Source of the DNA: Neocallimastix sp. 'constans'
Lineage: Eukaryota
NCBI GenBank assembly: GCA_050613775.1
Contig: JBODTK010000150.1
Location: 1-64,000 of the forward strand
Direction of reading: 5' to 3'
Length of the DNA stretch: 64,000 nt
The notes beneath the pieces are model-generated. The model saw only the letters and a program-made list of their open reading frames with translations, was not told the origin of the DNA and did no database searches. A program made the position numbers and the translations under genes. How positions within the stretch are numbered: position 1 is the stretch's first letter; every line of letters starts with the position of its first letter. Positions 1 to 9,819 of the stretch are shown one piece after another.

Positions 1-50
1 TAAAATAATTTTTTATTATAATTTTTTTTTAAATCATCAAATTTAAGAAT

Positions 51-123
<73 letters not shown>

Positions 124-175
124 AAATAAATAGTAAAAATATTTAAAAATTATTTTATATAAAATATAATCATAG

Positions 176-1104
176 TATTGGAGTAAAATGAAGAATATAA
201 ATGAGCCGTATATGGGAACTTTGTCAAGGTAGAAGTTATAGAAGTTATAACTTTATTAAATTCATAAATTTATTTTATTATATTGATAATTTTTATTATA
301 ATGTTTTATAATTGAATTATTTATTGAATATATCTAGCTATTGTTTTATTTTGATGATTATTCACTTTCTTCAAATTAAAGAACCACCAGTTCTTCCTAA
401 TTTACAAAAAATATATTTAGACAATTTTATTGAATATGAATATATTGATGATTTTAATGTATCCTTCTTTGAAAATATTGATGAATTACATAAATATTGG
501 AATAGCAAAAATAATGAATCATTAGGTGAATTATTGGTGGAGTTTTTTAAATATTATGCTAATGATTTTCCATATATAACAGGTATATTTAAATAAAATA
601 AGTATTTTTATTTTTGAATAAATATTAAATTTTTTATATATTAATATTTTCACCATATTAATAGGTGTCGCAAGTATTCGTGTTGGTAATATAATAACAA
701 AGGAAGAAAAAAAATGGACAAGAGAAGTAACTTTTTAAATATATTATTTATATATATATTATTTTTTATTGTATTATTATTTACTAATATATATATATAA
801 ATGAATAATCTTAGCATCAATTTGAAATAAATAAATCAAATTCAGTAAAAGATAGATATTGGTTTTGCGTCGAGGATCCTTTTGGTAATAATATATGTTT
901 ATTAATAAAAAAATTATTATACTACATTTATATTAATTTATATATTTTATTAAAATAGAAATCACACATAATTTAGGAAGACCTGTTGATCGGAAATCCT
1001 TATTTAGAATTAGAGGAGAATTTCTTAAAGCAGTTAAAATTATTAATAATAAAAATTTAACTGCTTTACAAGTTTTGGAAAAATTACTTGAAAAAAATAT
1101 ATAA
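176..1104 (+). CDS. Cid1/Cid13/TUT-family terminal RNA nucleotidyltransferase, C-terminal part (5' end lies outside the window)
   Basis: Exons 176-228, 338-582, 665-726, 815-884 and 959-1104 join in frame across GT-AG introns. Motifs YWSK..INEPYMGTLSSYCFILMIIHFLQ..PPVLPNLQ, SLGELLVEFFKYYA, VASIR, FCVEDPFEITHNLGR and IRGEF match the Cid1-type PAP-associated domain. Confidence 0.9.
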
Positions 1105-2189
1105 ATTAAATAATATTTTAATATTATATAATTATATATTTATCAGAAAAAATAAATAAATAAATAAACAATATGAAATTAATAATAATAATAAAATATA
1201 ATTATTAAAAAATTAAAAATTAAAAATTAAAAATTTATTAATTTATAATATTCTAAATTAAAAAATTAGCGTTTTTTTTTTTTTTTTTTTTAATCTTTTA
1301 ATTCATTAATCATATTATCTTTAATAAAAATAAAAATTTTTATATCAATACTACAATTTAATAAAGTTGAACCTGAAAAAGAACTACAAAATATTCATTA
1401 TAATAAAGTTATAACTATTATAACTATTAAACTACAAATTGATAAATTATTGATTTCTACATATGTTCCAGAAACTATTAAACAAATTAAAGTTCGATTA
1501 ATTTCATTAGTTATAATATCTATATCAACTATTCTAAAATAAAAAACATATATTAAATAATAATGAAAATACACTTGCTTTATTCATAACAATTTACTTT
1601 GTTAGAAAATCATTGTCAAAATTCGAAGAATTAACAGAAAAAAAAAAAAAAAAAAAAGGAAGAATCTAACCTTATAAAAAGGATTTTTTATTTGATTTAA
1701 TATTATTATTGTTATTTTATTATATAGTGGATATATTTAAATTCCTTGTTAAAAAATATTTTACTCTTTAAAAAAAAAATATATATATATGTTTTTATTT
1801 ATTTTATATATATATATATATTTATAATACTTTATAAAATATTTTATAAAAATTTTATTAAAAAAAATTAATTTACCTAATGTTGATTTTATATATTAAA
1901 ATGATAGATTTTTTTTTAAGACAAAAATATTTATATATATATATAAAATAAAATTTCATTTTATTATAATAATTATTATTGTCTTTGTTATATAAATTAT
2001 TATTTTATAATTTTAAAAATTTTAAATTTATTAATATTACATTTTTTAATAAAATTATAAGATATTAATTTATTTTAAATACATATATTTATTTAAAAAT
2101 ATATATAATATATAAACATAATTGTAGTATAATTTCTAATCTAAATATTAAATTATTTTTGAATTTTAGATTGGTATTTTTATATATAT

Positions 2190-3399
2190 TTAAGGAAGTG
2201 ATTCTATACATCCTCCCCACCATCTCATTGGATTTCTTAATCTGTATTGGCTTGATCCATGTTTTTGAAGCTTATTTATTAATTTTTCAGTTTTTAAAAA
2301 GTTTTGAGCATTTACTGAATTGTCCTCAGTATCATTTATACCTATATCATGTGTAGTTGTATCATTACTATTATTAACAATATTATCATTTTTATTTTCA
2401 TTATTTACCGTTGACAAATTCACATCTTCACATTGACATTTCGTAAGAAAATCAAATATTTTATTTTGACTAGTGCTTTTATTTAACTCTTCAATAGAAT
2501 TATCATCACACCAAGGCCATCCAATTTCACTATTTGTAGAGTAAGGATATGTATAATTCTTTATTGGGGGTTCATATGTCATTGCTTTATCAATTTGATA
2601 AGTAAAGAGAAAATCATTAATAATTTCGGGCCGTTTTCTATTCTTTCGAACTGGAAATACAGAACTTGAATTATTAATTTCAGGAAAATGGCATGTATTT
2701 TTTTTTTCAGTATATTTCTAAATATTAAATATCACAATAATGATTATTTCTTAATTTGAATGTTTCTTTACTTTTTATTTTTATTTTTTTTTTTTTTTTT
2801 ATTGTTTTATTTCTTTAATTATTAAATATAAAATTATTTAGAGCATTGATTTTTAATACATTTTTTTTTAATTATTTAAACTTATATATAATTACTCCAT
2901 ATAATGAATCAGTCATAAATCCCCAATTATTTTTCCATTGTTGAGCTGTATCCTTTTCGAATTTTACTGTTTGTTTCCTTTTGTGTATTATGTTTAGTTA
3001 TTGTATTACAATATAATTACAAAATATAAATAATTATTATATTTTAAATATTTTTAAATTTATATTATAATATTTACTTAGAAATTTTTATTATTATTAT
3101 GTAAAAATAATAATAATAAAATTTCTAACAATTATTCTTAAGTATATTATTAGTCATACTATAATATTAATTAAAATATCCTAAAAATATAAAAAAAAAA
3201 ATAAAAATAAAAATAAAAAATAACAAAAAAATAAAATAAAATAAAATAAAATAAAATAAAATAAAATAAAATAAAAAATATATATATACATATATATATA
3301 ATATAAATTTTTTAAATATTGTTTAAACTACCATATTTCATCATCATGAACAATATTTTTAATTTTTTGGTTTCCTTGTTTACTATCAGTCATTTTCAT
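2190..3399 (-). CDS. CIMIP1/C20orf85 (LLC1)-like ciliary microtubule inner protein
   Basis: Exons 3399-3332, 2977-2896 and 2717-2190 give MKMTDSKQGNQKIKNIVHDDEIWKQTVKFEKDTAQQWKNNWGFM...YPYSTNSEIGW...RWWGGCIESLP. The DEIWK...W.xNWGF and P.T...IGW motifs resemble human C20orf85. Confidence 0.7.
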
Positions 3400-3416
3400 T
3401 GTTATATTATTATTTA

Positions 3417-3417
3417 C

Positions 3418-3500
<83 letters not shown>
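3417..3500. repeat. (TAT)n microsatellite
   Basis: Long TAT run immediately upstream of the CIMIP1-like start codon. Confidence 0.95.
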
Positions 3501-3502
<2 letters not shown>

Positions 3503-3809
3503 TATTACTATTATTAAAAATAATATTAATAATACTCCAAATTTATCTATTTCTTTTTTTACTATTCTAATTATTTATTATTATTATTTTTTTATTTTAA
3601 AGATATTATTATTTTAAATATTTCATATATAATTATTTATTTTTTTTCATTTTTTTTTTCCAACTCTATTATATAGTAAAATTATATATCATATTTTCTA
3701 CATAAATCTATTTATTATAAATTTATTAATTTATTAAATAGTTAAAATATGAGAATAATAAATATCGGAAATTTTATTTGTTTAGAAATAAAAATTTTTC
3801 CATTTTTTA

Positions 3810-4222
3810 TCTTGGTGGTTAATATTCTGGACATATAAAGTTACTGGATCGACCCCGCGACTACCTCCTGAATTAATATGAGGCAATTTTCATCCTTCCA
3901 AGTCTTTCCTTATAAATGTAATTTAATTTTCACTAGTCATAATAAATATTCCTGTTGCTGGATTATATATAATTGCTAGTGTAAAGAGCACTTGATCTGT
4001 GAGAGGATTGGTATTGTTTCTCCTTCGATAGTTCTAAAGATCACTAATAATAATTCTATATTATAAAACAGCTTATAGGAATACCTTTTATATTAGCCTT
4101 GCTTAAAGAGAGGTTCTCGTCAACGACGAAAAACGATATGGCAAAGAATCCAATGAAAGTCTGATACTTTGAAAGAAGAGACTAGAAGCCCTATTGTCAT
4201 TCCCTTTCATTAATCCCAGTCT
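3810..4222 (+). mobile_element. Possible decayed LINE AP-endonuclease fragment (GC-elevated island)
   Basis: Broken + frames read IFWTYKVTG..RLP.EL...NFHP..SFL, RGLVLFLLR and LIG.TFYI, loosely like the APE motifs TwNvnG, lQEtfl, GlaiLvr and igNvYiP. Many stops are present. Confidence 0.3.
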
Positions 4223-4746
4223 AAAAAATTAACAATAAAATATAAATATTATTTAATTAATTTAAATTTTTTATTAAGCCATTTTGTTTTAGTCATATAT
4301 ATATATATATTTTTAATATATAATAATATAGAAATTTAAAAAAAAATCAATTCAAATTTATTATCTTGTTTTATTTTTATTTTATAAACAATTATCTATA
4401 TTTATTTTTATTATATTATTTTATATTATACTATGAAAATTATTAATTAAAATAATTATTTTATAATTAAATAATTATTTTAATTAATCAATAATTTTAA
4501 TAAAAATATACGATTTTTCAATATAGATGTTGGAGACATTCTTAATAATTATAATCTTATACTCGTTAATAATTGGTTAAAATAAAAATTATAATCAACA
4601 TAAAAATTGGGTGGAGCATTTCGCCAATTTTTTTAAAAGCATGTGGGTTATTAAAAAAAAATGTGGCATTTCGCCAAGTTGCTTATCGCCAAATTGAAAA
4701 ATATTAAATAAATAAATCAATAAATAAAATTAAATATTATTAATAT

Positions 4747-6012
4747 TGAGAAAAGTATATGTGTTTTTTATAATAAATTTTATTTAATTTTTGTATTTAT
4801 TTAATACATAAATTTTATTAATTTTAAGAACTCATTATTTTAAGATAATAAAAATATTTATTTTTATAGTAAAAATTACATATTTAATCATGTGATAATT
4901 CTATGAATTAATACACATAGATAAATGTTACACAACATAAAAATATAAGAATAAAATATTAATATAAGATAAGAATATAATATTGATAATAATATAAGAA
5001 TATAAAAATATAATATTAATAATATAAAAATATAATATTAATAATATAAAAATATAAAATAAAATGTGAATATTTTAACATTCCCCCCTAAACAAGATTT
5101 TTCTTGAAAATTTTGTTTGCGAAGAATAACATTTTATTTCCATTGACATCTTTTGTGAGTACATCTGCAAGATTGTCTTCGGATTTGATATGTTGTAAAA
5201 TAACATTATTATTTTCAACATGTTCCTTGAAGAAATGGTAACTTACACGTATGTTTCTTGGTCTTTTTCCAATAGCGAAATTTTCAGGGGAATATAGACT
5301 GGCTTTATTGTCACCATAGAGATTTATTTTAAATTTTTTGTTAAATAGTTCTTCAAGAATATTTTTCAACCATAGGCCATTTGTAACGGCTTCCGATAAT
5401 GCAACATATTCTGCTTCGGCAGTGGATCTTGAGACACATTGTTGTTGTCTTGACATCCATAAGACTGGTCCTGAAGCTAGGAAGTAGATATTTCCAGATG
5501 TAGATTTACTATTGATTATATCTCCAGCGAAGTCGGAGTCAGTATAGCCTTTAAGATTTCCATCTCTTTTAAATTGTAGATAATAATCTTTGGTTTGGTT
5601 AATATATTTAAATATTTGCAATACCTTTTTCCAATCGGTCATATTTGGGTTTTTATTTTTTCTTGATGCTTTGTTTACTGCACAAGCAATATCAGGTCTT
5701 GTGTATTTTGCTAAATGTATGAGAGAGCCTACTGCGCTTTGATAGATACTATTATCGAATGGTTCGTTGTTAATTTCTTTAATGTTTTCACCTACACAAG
5801 GAGTAGAGGATTTTTGATTTTCATTTAATTTGAATCTTTTTAAAATGTCGTTAATATATTTCTTTTGTGAAATATTATACCCATATTCAGTAGGTTCAAC
5901 AGTTATTCCAAGTATATGATTTACTGGACTACATTTTGATATTTTAAATTTGTTTTTAATTAGCTCAACAGTGGAGTTTATTAATATAAAATAAAATGTG
6001 AATATTTTAACA
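4747..6012 (-). mobile_element. Ty1/Copia LTR retrotransposon, internally deleted
   Basis: 5-bp TSD AATAT at 4742-4746 and 6013-6017. 3' LTR 5080-4747 (TGTTAAAA...TTTTCTCA) follows a purine-rich PPT at about 5088-5081. Only 30 bp of the 5' LTR (6012-5983, identical to 5080-5051) remain, fused to the RT region. Confidence 0.85.
5088..5978 (-). CDS. Copia pol fragment: C-terminal RT and RNase H (no start codon, open frame)
   Basis: YQSAVGSLIHLAKYTRPDIACAVNKASR, GYTDSDFAGD...KSTSG, WMSRQQQCVSRSTAEAEYVA and DNLADVLTK. No stops over about 297 codons. Confidence 0.92.
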   Translation of the reverse strand, partial: NSTVELIKNKFKISKCSPVNHILGITVEPTEYGYNISQKKYINDILKRFKLNENQKSSTPCVGENIKEINNEPFDNSIYQSAVGSLIHLAKYTRPDIACAVNKASRKNKNPNMTDWKKVLQIFKYINQTKDYYLQFKRDGNLKGYTDSDFAGDIINSKSTSGNIYFLASGPVLWMSRQQQCVSRSTAEAEYVALSEAVTNGLWLKNILEELFNKKFKINLYGDNKASLYSPENFAIGKRPRNIRVSYHFFKEHVENNNVILQHIKSEDNLADVLTKDVNGNKMLFFANKIFKKNLV

Positions 6013-6344
6013 AATATCGAATAAAAACAATTTTAAAAAAATTATTTTGAATTAATATTTATTTATTTATTCATATATTTATATCAATACTCCACTTGTC
6101 GAAATGCAACTCTCCCATAAAAATTATTTAATTAAAAACAGGATAAATACTATATTTACACAATTGAAATTTCAAAATTTCATAATATATATATACATTA
6201 AATATTAATATTAACAATGAATTTTTTTAAAGGAGGAATGACCCTTAAAAAAGTAATTTATTTTAATATGTAATTAAAATTATATATTTTAAAAATTTTT
6301 ATAATAAATATTTAAATATAAATAAATATATTATATGTTTTTAG

Positions 6345-7200
6345 GTTAGAGAGATTTAATGCCTCTCGAAGATACTATCATTTTTCAAAGTCCTTAATTC
6401 CTTAATTATAATAAATAATAAATTATATTATGATAATCCATTAGAAGATATACTATGTTTAAAATATTATTTTATTTTTAACCAAATAATAACATTATTA
6501 TTATTTTTTATATTTATTTATTTTATTATTAGGCTTGATGAAATTCCAATTTTTCGATAAAATTTAAAATCTATTCATCCAAAATTGTTCTAAGTACGAT
6601 GAATAGATTTTAAATTTTATCGAAAAATTGGAATTTCATCAAGCCTAAGTACAAATAATATTTATATTAATAAAAAAAAAAAAAAACTTTGGACGTTTAC
6701 ATTGATATTTTTCTGAGAATTTTTCCAATTGAAGATGAGTCAAATTATGGACAATTTTCAACTATCAATATATTTTGTTTACAAGCTTTATCAAGAGGAA
6801 TTTTAAAAATTAAGAAAACATTTTATATATAAAATGAAAGTTACTAATTATTTTTTATTAAAATATTATATAAAGGAAAATATATCGAAAAAGCAAAATA
6901 TCTTGATTATGTAAAATTAATTACTAATCAAAGAAATAATAATATTTATGAATATGGACTCTTTATTAATAAAGAAGTTAAAAAAAAATTATTAGTCCAG
7001 ATTGAATAAAAAATATAAAACTTTTAGAAAAGATATAAAATTCAAAAATAATGTTTTATTCCATATAATAATCTCATTTATTAAAAAATTGAATTAGAAT
7101 ATTTATTAAACAGTTCCCTAACCCCAAATATAATAGATAAGGACATTCAAAAAAAGAAATTCGCACTTAACTATTAACAAATAAGATTATTAATTTAAAT
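6345..7200 (+). pseudogene. Decayed, probably intron-containing coding relic of unknown family
   Basis: Exon-like blocks bounded by ttag/gt, for example YIDIFLRIFPIEDESNYGQFSTINIFCLQALSRGILKIKK, with in-frame stops. Confidence 0.3.
6529..6648. repeat. Perfect 51-bp inverted repeat with an 18-nt spacer
   Basis: 6529-6579 is the exact reverse complement of 6598-6648. Confidence 0.97.
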
Positions 7201-7549
7201 TTATAAACTAATTACATTATATTAAAATCTTTTATGTATTATATTAGGAATTTTTTAATAAATAGTTGTTTTAATATAAATATGATATTTAAAATAATAC
7301 GCATACTAATATATATTCAAATAATTTTGTTACTATTAATTTATCAAATTGAAAAAATATTATTTAATAAATTTTATTTACTAAATAAATATTTTATTCA
7401 CTCACTAATATCTAAACCAAAACAGTACACTTCATACTTTAAAATTTATACATTGATTTGCTTTTTTTAATTTCATTTATTTATAAATAATTATAAATAA
7501 ATTTACTTTTATTTTTGTTTCGTCTAATACATTTAAATATAAAAGTAGC

Positions 7550-8163
7550 TTAGATTTCAGCTAATTCACGAAGACGTCTAATGGTACTACGAACAGTAAC
7601 AGCGGCGGTAGTACTATAAAATATTAATATATTATTATAAAAAAATCATTTATATTTTAATTTATATTAGTAATACTTCTATTATTTCTTTATAATGCTA
7701 AATTTAAACTCACCTAACAGACCAAGCACCACCAGCAATAGTTTTACTACAACTCTTACATTCCCAGATACCAACAGCAGTACGCTTGATAGCATCCTTA
7801 CCACAGAATGGACAAGTGTAGCGGGAGTGTTGACTGATTTCAATCTTCTTGATTTGCTTTCTTAAAGAAGCACCATAACGAGTACCGTATTTACCACAAA
7901 CTCCGACCTTTCTAGTACGCTTTTAGATCACAAATTTTATATTTGTTAATTATAAAATCATTATATTTAATATTTATTATTTTTATTATATTAATAAATA
8001 CCTTGGCCTAAATTTAATCAGTCGCAGAAAATTATTTATTTCATTCAATATTTAAAATAAAAATAATTAATTAATTTCTCATTGATGGATGAACATTTTA
8101 TATAATATTAATATACATATTTCATTTATCATTATATTCATTTTCATTAAAATTAATTACCAT
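7550..8163 (-). CDS. RPL43: 60S ribosomal protein eL43 (L43/L37a)
   Basis: Exons 8163-8161, 8007-8002, 7919-7714 and 7613-7550 give [92 protein letters not shown]. Confidence 0.98.
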
Positions 8164-8188
8164 TTTCAATTAATATCGATAATATGTC

Positions 8189-8293
8189 GAAAAAGAGGAA
8201 GTAACCCATGGTTCTCGAATAAACATATCTTTTGTTAAACTCAATATTAAATAATAACCAATCAAATTACTTATTCTATTTTTTAACCAATCA
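8189..8293 (-). promoter_or_regulatory. RPL43 core promoter: pyrimidine initiator plus two CCAAT boxes
   Basis: Minus-strand CTTCCTCTTTTTC at 8201-8189. CCAATCA on the + strand at 8258-8264 and 8287-8293. Confidence 0.55.
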
Positions 8294-9008
8294 TTAAAAA
8301 ATACTCATTAAAAATATTTCGAAAAATTAAATTCTTTCTTTTAAAGATAATGAAAAAATTGGAATAAATATGAATATGTGAATATTTATATTAAAATGTT
8401 ATAAAATAAATAATTTTAATTCTATTTATTTTAAAATTTTAATTTTTGTATTTAATATTTCTTTATTCCATATGTTATTTTAAAGTAATTTTCAAATTAT
8501 TCGAAAAATTTTAATATTTTATAACATTTAAAAGCATAAGAATTAATAAGTTTAATCATTCTATACTCCATTTACTTTAAAATTAATTAAATATTTTTTA
8601 TATTAATTCTCTATTTATTTATTTCCTTAATCCTTAATTTTTGAAATACAAAATATAAAATTTCTTTCTTTTCCTAAAATTAAATTTAAAAAATACAATT
8701 TAAACGATTTGTCCTCATATACTTTCTTATTATCACTATACCTCCTTAAATGAATAAACTTTTATAAACTACTAATACAATTATTTCATATTTTTAATAC
8801 AACACCTAATGTATTTTTAAAACATTCTAAATAAATTATTTTACACTTTAATTTTATTTCATCACAATAATAATAAATATTACTTTAAACACAATATTTC
8901 TTATATTTTTAATGTTCATTTTATTTTTATTAAAATGAATTGAAAATGCTCTAATTTCCCGATTTCATTGTCCTTTACATTTTCGGTATTATACATTAAT
9001 ATTTTAAA

Positions 9009-9375
9009 TTAACGGTACTTTATTTATAATTATATTAAACAAAATTATATAGTTAATACTTCATTCAATATAAAATAATTCCAAAAATTATATCTAATTT
9101 ATTAATTTATTAATATATACCTTATGGAAACCGATGTCTTCAGCATATTCACGGAAAGCTTGTCTGCAAAGGTTTAAACCATACTTACGAATGACACCAG
9201 CACGGTTTTCAGTAACACGACTAAATATAAACAAAAAAAATTAATACAGATTTCATTTTTATTTAACATTATTTATATTTAAAAATAACTCTATCAGTTA
9301 TTTAAATTCATACCAGCAACGGGAACCCTTTCCGTAACGACGTGGGTGAGAATACCAAACTTGATCGTGAGCCAT
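9009..9375 (-). CDS. RPS29: 40S ribosomal protein uS14 (S29)
   Basis: Exons 9375-9314, 9220-9121 and 9017-9009 give [56 protein letters not shown]. Confidence 0.98.
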
Positions 9376-9399
9376 TTTATATTAATATATAATCAATTC

Positions 9400-9489
9400 A
9401 AAAGAGAGAGAAAGAAAAAAAATTCATTGGTTTTGTAAACACATAGAGTAAATTAACATATTATATAAATTTGTGGCTTTGACCAATCA
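9400..9489 (-). promoter_or_regulatory. RPS29 core promoter: pyrimidine initiator plus CCAAT box
   Basis: Minus-strand TTTTTTTTCTTTCTCTCTCTTTT at 9422-9400. CCAATCA on the + strand at 9483-9489. Confidence 0.55.
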
Positions 9490-9756
9490 TAAATTAGAAA
9501 AATTAATTAGTAATATATTTATAAATATATTATTAATAGTATTGTAAATATACTATAGATATTTTCATGTGATATATTTATGATTATGTACATTTTTATG
9601 ATATTTTTGATTTATGAAATATTTACATAAATTTTAATTTATACTAAATCCCTAATGTTACTTTAGACTAAATCATTTGAACTAAAATAAAAATAATATT
9701 AAATCAATGCTTATTGAAAATTATTCTTATATTCAAAAGTTCGCAATAATTGCGGC

Positions 9757-9819
<63 letters not shown>

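Larger units (their letters stand above)
4609..6116. mobile_element. Mutator-like MITE, host to a nested Copia insertion
   Basis: 9-bp direct repeat ATAAAAATT at 4600-4608 and 6117-6125. Imperfect TIRs GGGTGGAGCATTTCGCCAA and, as reverse complement, GGGAGAGTTGCATTTCGACAA. Subterminal TCGCCAA repeats. Confidence 0.8.

Noticed and set aside
2159..2356. Overlapping or antisense ORFs (also 14448-14669, 25653-25853, 34891-35085, 37055-37321, 38318-38524, 58876-59085, 59287-59499)
   Set aside because: They are shadows of real genes or transposon sequence in another frame or strand.
3319..3617. Poly-Tyr and poly-Leu ORFs (also 18779-19317, 35895-36116, 41412-41714)
   Set aside because: They are translations of TAT/AAT microsatellites with no coding signature.
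8008..8160. Possible intronic C/D snoRNA in RPL43 intron 1
   Set aside because: The CTGA near the 3' end fits a branch point. There is no good RTGATGA C box and no convincing rRNA guide.
8716..8866. Minus-strand GTGATGA (C box) and an AAGGAGGT Shine-Dalgarno-like motif
   Set aside because: No downstream D box and no ORF. In a eukaryotic context these are chance matches.
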